From Octopus sinensis (lineage: Eukaryota), in NCBI RefSeq assembly GCF_006345805.1, contig NC_043009.1, forward strand, positions 28,210,001-28,274,000: a stretch of 64,000 nucleotides of DNA. Reading direction: 5' to 3'. The position numbers and the translations under genes were made by a program. The notes beneath the pieces are model-generated. The model ran no database searches, was not told the origin of the DNA, and was given only the letters and a program-made list of their open reading frames with translations. Each line of letters starts with the position of its first letter. Position 1 is the first letter of the stretch. Below are positions 25,210 to 36,581 of the stretch, in pieces.

Positions 25210-25790
25210 ATTTCTTGGTTAGAACTTCAAAGATAGTCTTCCCTAATTCTTGGATAGTTTCAAATATCTTCTGTTCTATCACCTATTAAGTACCACTTCA
25301 GGAAATTAGCCATCTTCTCATCGTTTCTTTCATAACATCTTCAGTTCATCTCTTTGTGAAGAGCCATTAACACTATCCTCTTCTCGTTAACTAGTATTTG
25401 CTAATTACAAACCCCGATAAAAGTTTCTTGATTCTACAGAAGCTTAATCTGAGAATGACTGATCACTGCAAAAGATATCCATGCCACTTGGTGGGGGTGG
25501 GGGGTTAGTAGGAATATGGTAGGGGTTGGTGAAGGGGTCAGGTATTTGATGAAGGTAAAGGGCAGCAAGTGTTTGATAGGGGAGGGTGGCAGGGGATTGG
25601 TAAGCAGGTGCATAAGGAGGCTGGTAGTGACCAGGTGATGGGTGGTGGGTGTATGATGAGGGAGGTGGTTAGAAAGTGTACTATGGGGACTGTAAGTGAC
25701 AGGTACATGTTTAGTTTGCAGGTGGCGGATGAGTTTCATTTTGGACAGCATCTTTCCCATGCAACTGGCAATTAGAACTACAGATCTAGA
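25210..25790 (-). pseudogene. Decayed hAT (Charlie/Buster-like) transposase fragments
   Basis: Minus ORF begins MLSKMKLIRHLQTKH (KLxRHLxTKH motif); downstream interrupted wording compatible with the ELRxEL region; interrupted by a GT/purine-rich tract. Confidence 0.45.
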
Positions 25791-25959
25791 CAGTCTTAAC
25801 AGACCAAGCCAGGATACAACAGATTCTTGATCAGTGTTTCTTGACCAAAGTCCATATGTCCCTTGGGGTTCTATATGAACCCTTGGGAGTATTTATGACC
25901 CTTGGATCTCCATATAAGGTTTTGTTGCTAAAATTTATGAGCAATAAATCATCATATTC

Positions 25960-25999
25960 ATCACCATCATCATTGTCATGATAATGATGATGATGATGG

Positions 26000-26043
<44 letters not shown>

Positions 26044-26076
26044 ATGATGATGATGATGATGATGAGGATGATGATA

Positions 26077-26117
<41 letters not shown>

Positions 26118-26348
26118 AATGGTGATGATGATGATGATGGTGATAATAGTGTTTCTGGTGGAGATAGTGATAATGAAAATGATGATGACAAAAACAATGA
26201 TGATGATGATGACAATGATGATGATAAGATGATGATGATGATGATGATGATGATGATAATGATGATGATGAACATGATGGTAATGATATTTGTGGTGGTG
26301 ATGTGATGATGATGATGATGATGATGATGACAATGATGATGATAATGA

Positions 26349-26380
<32 letters not shown>

Positions 26381-26850
26381 ATGATGATGATGATGGTGAT
26401 AATAGTGTTTCTGGTGGAGATAGTGATAATGAAAATGATGATGACAAAAACAATGATGATGATGATGAGGATGATAATGATGATGATGATGACAATGATG
26501 ATGATAATGATGATGATGAACATGATGGTAATGATATTTGTGGTGGTGATGTGATGATGATGATGAGGATGATAATGATGATGATGATGACAATGATGAT
26601 GATAATGATGATGATGATGATGGTGATAATAGTGTTTCTGGTGGAGATAGTGATAATGAAAATGATGATGACAAAAACAATGATGATGATGATGGTGATA
26701 ATAGTGTTTCTGGTGGAGATAGTGATAATGAAAATGATGATGACAAAAACAATGATGATGATGATGAGGATGATAATGATGATGATGATGGTGATAATAG
26801 TGTTTCTGGTGGAGATAGTGATAATGAAAATGATGATGACAAAAACAATG

Positions 26851-26882
<32 letters not shown>

Positions 26883-27770
26883 GACAATGATGATGATAAT
26901 GATGATGATGATGGTGATAATAGTGTTTCTGGTGGAGATAGTGATAATGAAAATGATGATGACAAAAACAATGATGATGATGATGACAATGATGATGATA
27001 ATGATGATGATGATGGTGATAATAGTGTTTCTGGTGGAGATAGTGATAATGAAAATGATGATGACAAAAACAATGATGATGATGATGGTGATAATAGTGT
27101 TTCTGGTGGAGATAGTGATAATGAAAATGATGATGACAAAAACAATGATGATGATGATGATAATGATGATGATGATGAGGATGATAATGATGATGATGAT
27201 GACAATGATGATGATAATGGTGATGATGATGATGATGGTGATAATAGTGTTTCTGGTGGAGATAGTGATAATGAAAATGATGATGACAAAAACAATGATG
27301 ATGATGATGGTGATAATAGTGTTTCTGGTGGAGATAGTGATAATGAAAATGATGATGACAAAAACAATGATGATGATGATGACAATGATGATGATAATGA
27401 TGATGATGATGGTGATAATAGTGTTTCTGGTGGAGATAGTGATAATGAAAATGATGATGACAAAAACAATGATGATGATGATGGTGATAATAGTGTTTCT
27501 GGTGGAGATAGTGATAATGAAAATGATGATGACAAAAACAATGATGATGATGATGATAATGATGATGATGATGGTGATAATAGTGTTTCTGGTGGAGATA
27601 GTGATAATGAAAATGATGATGACAAAAACAATGATGATGATGATGATAATGGTGATGATGATGATGATAATGGTGATGATGATGATGATGATGAGGATGA
27701 TAATGATGATGATGATGGTGATAATAGTGTTTCTGGTGGAGATAGTGATAATGAAAATGATGATGCAACA
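25960..27770. repeat. (GAT)n-derived minisatellite, about 72-bp unit
   Basis: 14 counted copies of gataatagtgtttctggtggagatagtgataatgaaaatgatgatg separated by variable GAT runs. Confidence 0.9.
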
Positions 27771-28832
27771 TTCTTTCAATAATCTGAAGAGTGTTGGATT
27801 GTGAGAATACAAGACAAGCCTTCATTTATTTTTTTTAAAAAAGAGTTCTTTTCTAAAATGATCCCCTTTTTTCCCTAAAAAATTCTGCTGATAAAAGAAT
27901 ACAATTAAAAATAAAAATCAATATAAAGAATTTCGGAAATTCTTTCTCCTCCACCGACCAAATGTAGAATTGAGGAAAATTTCAAAAATAAAAAATTCTC
28001 TCATACTTGCTAGTTTTCCTTTTATAAGCTGTTGTCTTTCAATAATAGGGTATGAAAAACTGCAAAAGAACACAAAAAAAGAAAAAAAAAAAGAAAGGAA
28101 GAGAGGAAAAAGAAAGAGGAAAGGAAATTGGTTAAAATGGTTCTAGTCTGAAATACTTCATAATTTTTAGTGTCATCATTCCAGATTTTGAATCAAAATT
28201 AATCAATAACTGCATGAAAACTGAAACAAAACATGTCTTTTCCTTCCTTTTAAACTTAGAATGGAATGCGTGAAGAATTGATTCCTCTTTTTTGATGAAC
28301 TGCAGAATAGATTCTCAGAATAATAAGTGCCATCACTCATTACACAAAGTGTTTTATCCAGAATCGAGAATTCCTGCCTCTGCTTCATCGGTAACAGAAT
28401 AATAAGCTGTTCTTTGTTGGTTTTAAAATATTGGTTAAAAAAATCCCCAGAAAAATCCCTCTCCTTGTCATTTGAGAATTCTCTTGACATTTACCTGCCT
28501 CTGTAAATCTAGCCACTAAGCTACTTCTCACCTGTGTTTAATCAATTTCTGCAAGAAAAATACAACTATCCAGTGACCATTATATTGCGTTTACCTGTGT
28601 AGTGGGAAGGAAGAGGTGTAGAGAGGTTTACTGAGTTAATGAGTTGTATCTTTGTTCTTTTTGTCTTTCTTTTACCTGTCTTAACCTAAAACCATCAACG
28701 GTACCACCTGCATCAGCACCACCACTAATACCATCGCCACTCTTACCACCACTACCACAATCACTCATCAGCACCCATCACCTACAAACAATAGTAACTA
28801 CATGCCATTATTATGAATGCTATCATCACCAC

Positions 28833-28872
<40 letters not shown>

Positions 28873-30471
28873 GTCGTTGTCTTCGTCGTCATCATCATCA
28901 TCATCATCATCATCACACCACCAGCACCATTGTATTCATAATCATTTATGTCACCTTTGTCCTTGTCATGGTTGTCCCGTTGTCATCATCATATCATCAT
29001 CATCATTGTCATCATCATCCCCTCTTCCTCTACATCATCATTATCATCATCAACCCCATTCAGTTTAATCTCTGATTTCTTAAAAAAGACACAAATTGGA
29101 TATTTCTTCCTTTCCTTCTATTCTTAATCAAAGAGGAAGAATAATTAAACAGAAATTCTTTCAAAAAAATTAAAAAAAGGAAAAAACAAATGTCCTCCAA
29201 CCTTACACCATTCTTACCAAAAAAAAAATTGCAAAAGAAAACAATTAATGAAGGTGTAAATTTTTCTTACTTTTTTTTTACCGGATTAATCAACAGGAAT
29301 AAAATCTGAAGAACTGAAAAACTAAAAAGGAAAAGGAAGAAAAAAAACATGTAAAAACTAGACGGAATAAGGGAAGTTCTTTTTTTTCAATTTCTGAAAG
29401 GTACTTTTAAATAGGGTCAGATAAAAATGTAATTAACAAAAAGTGGGATGAAAAAAACCCTCCCAAAACTGACAAAAAAACAAAACAAAAAAAAACAAAC
29501 GAACAAACAAACAAAAGATATTCACCGCCATCCCTCATCATAAAACCATAAATGGATTATTTCAAGAAGGTAGCTAGAGTCAATCAGTGTCAAATGTTGG
29601 CGGCAATTCTTCTACCTGAAGATTTATTTCAGGAATTCTAAATCCTTGATCAATTTGTCCAGGATGTCAGTTGATGACATTTTAAAACCGATATTTACAC
29701 CCTCACCCAAACAAACAAAATTTACACTTACTTGTTTAGCAACTACAAAGACCAGCTCCATTTTGTAAGCAGTGGAACAGAGACATTCACTGAATGCTCT
29801 CTCACTGTTAGTTTCTTTCTTTCTTTTTGTCTTTCTTTCATCTAATGGAACTGCTGTAGCTATACCATTTACTTTAGGTACAAACTTGTTATCAGTAGAA
29901 ATATGCTTGAGGCTTATTCAAACCTCTAAATTGTAATTTATCAAAGAGAAAATTTCAGTGGAATTGTGCTTTAAGGACTCCATTTAAACTCTAAACCAAA
30001 CTTTTTTTTATTTTGGGGGAATTTTCAGAAAATTTTCGAGAATTTATGTTCTATACATAGGAATTCATATGATTATGTAAAACAACTACAACAAAAAACT
30101 TGTGCATGATTTAAGGGCTATTTAGCTGTTACTTTTAACACATCTCACGACAACCTCACATTCTCTTTGCTTGTTTGCCAGTCTGACATATTGATGTTTC
30201 TCAATATCATTCTCACCATTCTATATTTAAGAGATGAGGAATTATGTACATTATTTACATTATTTACATTATTTAATTTGACAGATATTTGTCCTCATCT
30301 TGTTGTTGTTAACACAATGTTTCGGCTGATATAACCTTCAGCCTTATATATATGTATGTATGTATATGTATATATATATACACATACACATATCTATATA
30401 CATATACATGTGCACACACATGCACACACACATGCACATATACACAAGCACATACACATTCATGTACATGT

Positions 30472-30502
<31 letters not shown>

Positions 30503-31656
30503 AACACACACGTGCAATATAATATAATATAATATAATATAATTTATATTAATCTTTTGGCTGCAGAATTCAATTTCATAGTCATTCCCATAATAATGTT
30601 AATTATCCACCAAACAACAGAATTGATATTTTCTGGTTCTGCAAAATTTTTTCAGTGTCTCTTGTAGAAAATAGTTTTCATATCTACCACAAGAAATATT
30701 TGATTCCTGCTCAGTGAAGAGATATTTTACCAAAAAAAAAAAAAAGTGTAATAATTGCAAAAATCTGTAAAATTGTCTTTTGGAAAAAGTATCACTGGGG
30801 CTGCCTCTACTTCCCACAGTATAAGGAGACGTTTTTGCCATTGTTTTTTGTTATTAAAACTACAGCTTTCTGCACTTGACAGTAATAAAACTTGAATGAT
30901 TATTTCCGATTTCCACAATGCAAAGGCTTAACTAATCCTGAAATATTATAGTGACTTCAATTCACTTTAAATTATTGTTATTGTTTCTAAACACAATCAC
31001 ATGAAACATCAAGTGGTACCAGAAACAAAACAACAACAACAACAAAACCGAAACAAAAAAAAACAAGGAAAATTTGCACACAGAAAGGAACCAGATACAG
31101 GAGGCTGGTTATGTGGTTAAGAACATTAGCTTTGTTACAATGTGGTGTTGGGTTCAATCTCATTGCACAGCACCTTGAGCAAGTATCTCCTCAAATAGCA
31201 CAGGACTGAATGATACTTTGTGAGTATATTTAATATATGGGAAGCTGTGTAGGGTCTGTTGTAACATATATATATATATATATACATATGTATATATATT
31301 TACATATATATGTGCATGTGTGTGTGTGTGTCTATGTGTGATCTATATTATATATATATATATATATATGTGTATATAACTATGTATATATATATATGTA
31401 GATATATATGTGTGTGTATATATATGTATGTATATATATATATGTATATATATATATATACATATATATATATGTATATATATATATACATATATATATA
31501 AAATAAATATAAGAGAGTGGTCAATATATTGCTCACTCTAGCACCAGTTAATCCAAAAGGTTTCAACCACGAAGATACATGTTTCCCATGAAAGCCAGTA
31601 CGACTGTTAGCTCACACGGACAGGGCAAGTAAAAAATAACAAAAATACAGATTATT

Positions 31657-31734
31657 TTGGGACAATTGTTTCGCTATTAATGAATTAAATGTAATATTAC
31701 TTACAAAAAAATCCATTTGTAGCTCGTCAGCCAA
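31657..31734 (-). ncRNA. Type I hammerhead ribozyme, family B, copy 1
   Basis: Minus strand TTGG-CTGACGA-GCTA-(loop)-TAGC-GAA-ACAATTGT-C-CCAA; fully canonical core. Confidence 0.85.
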
Positions 31735-32188
31735 GACTATCTGGATGAAATCCACTCAATCACACGCCAGATTTTACCATAACGATAAATACGCGTGTGG
31801 TTCAATTGATTACATCCGACGTTATAATTCAAATGCCCCAACCAACAGCGCGCCAAATTTTCACGGAAAACAAATACAGCATTTAGAAATAAATGCAGCA
31901 TAATTATAATTAATTAATAAGGGTGAGAGAATTAGATACTAATTAATAGTATATTATTCAACACCAAGTGGCCTAGTGCTACGAGAAACCTGGATTATTA
32001 TAATATTTTATAACATATTATAATATTTTTACAAAATAAATATAAGAGAGTGGTCAATATATTGCTCACTCTAGCACCAGTTAATCCAAAAGGTTTCAAC
32101 CACGAAGATACATGTTCCCATGAAAGCCAGTACGACTGTTAGCTCACACGGACAGGGCAAGTAAAAAATAACAAAAATACAGATTATT

Positions 32189-32266
32189 TTGGGACAATTG
32201 TTTCGCTATTAATGAATTAAATGTAATATTACTTACAAAAAAATCCATTTGTAGCTCGTCAGCCAA
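32189..32266 (-). ncRNA. Type I hammerhead ribozyme, family B, copy 2
   Basis: Same sequence as copy 1, one unit downstream. Confidence 0.85.
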
Positions 32267-33185
32267 GACTATCTGGATGAAATCCACTCAATCACACGCC
32301 AGATTTTACCATAACGATAAATACGCGTGTGGTTCAATTGATTACATCCGACGTTATAATTCAAATGCCCCAACCAACAGCGCGCCAAACTTTCACGGAA
32401 AACAAATACAGCATTTAGAAATAAATGCAGCATAATTATAATTAATTATAAGGGTGAGAGAATTAGATACTAATTAATAGTATATTATTCAACACCAAGT
32501 GGCCTAGTGCTACGAGAAACCTGGATTATTATAATATTTTATAACATATTATAATATTTTTACAAAATAAATATAAGAGAGTGGTCATATATTGCTCACT
32601 CTAGCACCAGTTAATCCCAAAGGTTTCAACCACGAAGATACATGTTTCCCATGAAAGCCAGTACGACTGTTAGCTCACAGTAATATTACATTTAATTCAT
32701 TAATAGCGAAACAATTGTCCCAAAATAATCTGTATTTTTGTTATTTGTTATTTTTTACTTGCCCTGTCCGTGTGAGCTAACAGTCGTACTGGCTTTCATG
32801 GGAAACATGTATCTTCGTGGTTGAAACCTTTTGGATTAACTGGTGCTAGAGTGAGCAATATATTGACCACTCTCTTATATTTATTTTGTAAAAATATTAT
32901 AATATGTTATAAAATATTATAATAATCCAGGTTTCTCGTAGCACTAGGCCACTTGGTGTTGAATAATATACTATTAAATTAGTATCTAATTCTCTCACCC
33001 TTATTAATTAATTATAATTATGCTGCATTTATTTCTAAATGCTGTATTGTTTTCCGTGAAAGTTTGGCGCGCTGTTGGTTGGGGCATTTGAATTATAACG
33101 TCGGATGTAATCAATTGAACCACACGCGTATTTATCGTTATGGTAAAATCTGGCGTGTGATTGAGTGGATTTCATCCAGATAGTC

Positions 33186-33262
33186 TTGGCTGACGAGCTA
33201 CAAATGGATTTTTTGTAAGTAATATTACATTTAATTCATTAATAGCGAAACAATTGTCCCAA
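33186..33262 (+). ncRNA. Type I hammerhead ribozyme, family B, copy 3
   Basis: TTGG 33186-89, CTGACGA 33190-96, GCTA 33197-200, TAGC 33243-46, GAA 33247-49, ACAATTGT 33250-57, C17 33258, CCAA 33259-62. Confidence 0.85.
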
Positions 33263-33545
33263 AATAATCTGTATTTTTGTTATTTTTTACTTGCCCTGTC
33301 CGTGTGAGCTAACAGTCGTACTGGCTTTCATGGGAAACATGTATCTTCGTGGTTGAAACCTTTTGGATTAACTGGTGCTAGAGTGAGCAATATATTGACC
33401 ACTCTCTTATATTTATTTTGTAAAAATATTATAATATGTTATAAAATATAATAATAATCCAGGTTTCTCGTAGCACTAGGCCACTTGGTGTTGAATAAAT
33501 ATACTATTAAATTAGTATCTAATTCTCTCACCCTTATTAATTAAT

Positions 33546-33605
<60 letters not shown>

Positions 33606-33719
33606 GCGCGTTGGGGGCTTCGTCGGCCCCTTGGGCTTGCGTTGTAACTGCTTGTGCGTTGTGTGCGTGGGCGCGCTTCGTGTGTGTGGGCTTGCTTCGG
33701 ATGTGCGCGTGCTTATGTA

Positions 33720-35260
33720 TGCATACATACCCACACACTCGCATGCATCCCTACCCACATACATACACGCACACCTACTCACACACACACATACACACAC
33801 ATACCTGCACACACACACACATACATACATACACATACATACCTACTTCAGACATACACACACACAGACATACCCATACACTCACACTCACACGCATACA
33901 CACACACACATACACACGACACACGTACACATACACAACACACACACAGCTACATACATACATTACACTTGTATACACACACACTTACATTCATACACAC
34001 ACACACACCTACACAGCCATACCCTCACTCAGACACACACATCTACCTACACACACACCAAACACACACGGACACACACCCATACATACATACATCTACA
34101 CACACACGCCTACACACATACATACACACATACATAAACACACACACATACACATATACACACATACGCACACACACATATACTTATACACATGCACACA
34201 CACACACATACATACATACACCCATATACATACACACACACATACCCACATACTCCTATACGCACATACATACACACAGACATACACACATACACACTCA
34301 CACAAACATACACACACACATACTACACACACACTCACCTGCACGCGCACACACATGCATGACAAACACCCATACACTCACACTCACATATGCACACACC
34401 AACATAAACACGCACACGCACACGCACAACACACACCTACACTCCCACACACATACACACGCACTACATACACACACGCACGCATACATACGCATACACA
34501 CATACATTACACACGTACACACACCTACATACACATGCATACACCACACACACAAATATGCACGGACACACCCAGACATACACACATACACCTATATACA
34601 CACGCCCACACACCTACATACACACACATATACACACGCCACACACCTACATACACACACATACATACACACACATACACGGACACACCCATACATACTT
34701 ACATACATACACCTATACACACACGCCTACACACCTACATACACACACATGCATACACACACACACACATGTACGCACACACACACACATATACGCACAT
34801 ACATATATACCCACACACATGCACACACACACACATGCACACACACACACATACGCACATGCATGCATGCATGCATACACACGCGCACACCTACACGCAT
34901 ACACACTCACACACGCACGTACACATACATACATACACACACGCATACATACACCCATACACATACATGCATCCTACACACACATACATACACACTCACA
35001 CATACATACACACACACACACTCACTCACACACCTGTATGTACGTGCACACACATGCACATACACACACTTCCCCACACCCACACGTACATACATACACA
35101 CTCACACACATACACACACACACATACACACGGACATACATCTATGCACACACATACATACACACACACTCACATACATTCATCGGACACACTGCCACCC
35201 GGACATACACACAGACACACTCACACATCCACACACATACATACTTACGCACATACTCGC
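33720..35260. repeat. Long degenerate (CA)n/(CATA)n tract
   Basis: Directly visible; source of the H/T-rich pseudo-ORFs of 389-628 aa. Confidence 0.9.
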
Positions 35261-35980
35261 AGGCTCGCGCACGCACGCGCTTGCGCCGGTTCGCGTACGC
35301 ATACGCTCCGCAGGCACCTCGCTCTTGGAACCGACAAGACCTCCCGCCCGTTCCTGGGACCGTCGCGTGTCGTTGGGTTTTCCCACGCCCGCCTCCGGGG
35401 ACCACTCTTCCATCTTCCCCTCAGCTGGAGTCCTTTTTCCTTAACCCCCCCCCTTTTTCGTTACACACACGCGCACACATATACACACATTGCTTAAATA
35501 TATACATTACTCTTACACACATTCAATCTACTCGCCATTTATACCACCACGACACTGGGGACACACACACACTACTACTCAACACACGCTGGCACGCTAC
35601 ATACGCCCCCACCCCTTCCCCTCCCTCCCTTCCTCCTTCCTTCTTTTTCTTACTACTGACCTTTGTCTGCTTAGCTGACCACTATCTTGCCCTACCTCAC
35701 ACGCCTACACACAGACGCACACACTAAACACACATATATTTTTTTGTTTTTTCATCTCGCCTCACACACACACATACACACCGCACACGCACACACTCAC
35801 ACATACACACATCTGTTGCGTTACCAACTTGTCTCCACTCTTTTGCCTTTAAAAACCCACTTTGCTCTGTTTTCGTAAACATCCGCCTTTCACCATGTGC
35901 AACTCGTAAACACCAGTCGTCTTTTTTCTCTTTCCCTGTTGCCCGCTCTGGGATCTTTCTTCTCTCTCTTCCTTCTTTAT

Positions 35981-36015
35981 GTTTCCGACAAAGAGCTCCG
36001 CTCGAAACGTCATAC
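35981..36015 (+). ncRNA. Degenerate minimal hammerhead motif, family C
   Basis: GTTT-CCGACAA-A-GAGC-tcc-GCTC-GAA-ACGT-C-ATAC; core U4 and G8 altered relative to 51503. Confidence 0.5.
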
Positions 36016-36134
36016 CCTCCTGCTTCCTTTTCCTGAGCGCCTATTAATAATAATACTGTAATTGTTCCACTGTTGTTGTTTTTTTGTTTCCCGTTTGGAT
36101 TAAAATTATATATATATATATATATATAATAATA

Positions 36135-36191
<57 letters not shown>

Positions 36192-36237
36192 TCATCATCA
36201 TCATCATCATTTAGCGTCCGCTTAAATGATGATGATG

Positions 36238-36389
<152 letters not shown>

Positions 36390-36530
36390 TTGTGGAGATG
36401 TACTTGCATAGCAAGTGATTTGATCTGAGATTGTGTACTGGAACGGAAACAATTGCAGCGTGGAAGGTGTTTGTAAGCCATTTAAGAAACACACAAAAGC
36501 CGTTCGATTCACTTCAACATTTAAGTTTAA

Positions 36531-36581
36531 TTTGTCAAAATATTTTCGTCGCTATAAGACCGTGACCTGTTCACTGACAAA
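36531..36581 (-). ncRNA. Hammerhead-like motif with G3-C8 core swap, family E
   Basis: Minus strand TTTGTCA-GTGAACA-G-GTCAC-ggtcttata-GCGAC-GAA-AATATT-T-TGACAAA: 7-bp stem I, palindromic stem III, one helix II mismatch. Confidence 0.6.

Larger units (their letters stand above)
31501..33548. mobile_element. ORF-less hammerhead tandem array with central inversion in (TA)n (retrozyme-like)
   Basis: Unit starts at 31501, 32034, 32565 (period 531-533); orientation flips at about 32680; inverted arm to 33548; (TA)n both sides. Confidence 0.8.

Noticed and set aside
25960-27770. Regular repeat-spacer look resembling a CRISPR array
   Set aside because: Spacers are only GAT runs, context is eukaryotic, no cas genes; same for the 22-bp repeat at 61671.
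25831-27825. 664, 625, 551 and 417 aa His-, Ile-, Ser- and Met-rich ORFs
   Set aside because: Alternative frames of one (GAT)n minisatellite; no evidence of coding.
28203-28490. 95-aa minus-strand ORF in unique sequence and an overlapping plus-strand exon-like segment
   Set aside because: No recognisable motif, and conflicting readings on the two strands.
33601-35727. 389-628 aa His/Thr-rich ORFs
   Set aside because: Translations of a degenerate CA microsatellite.
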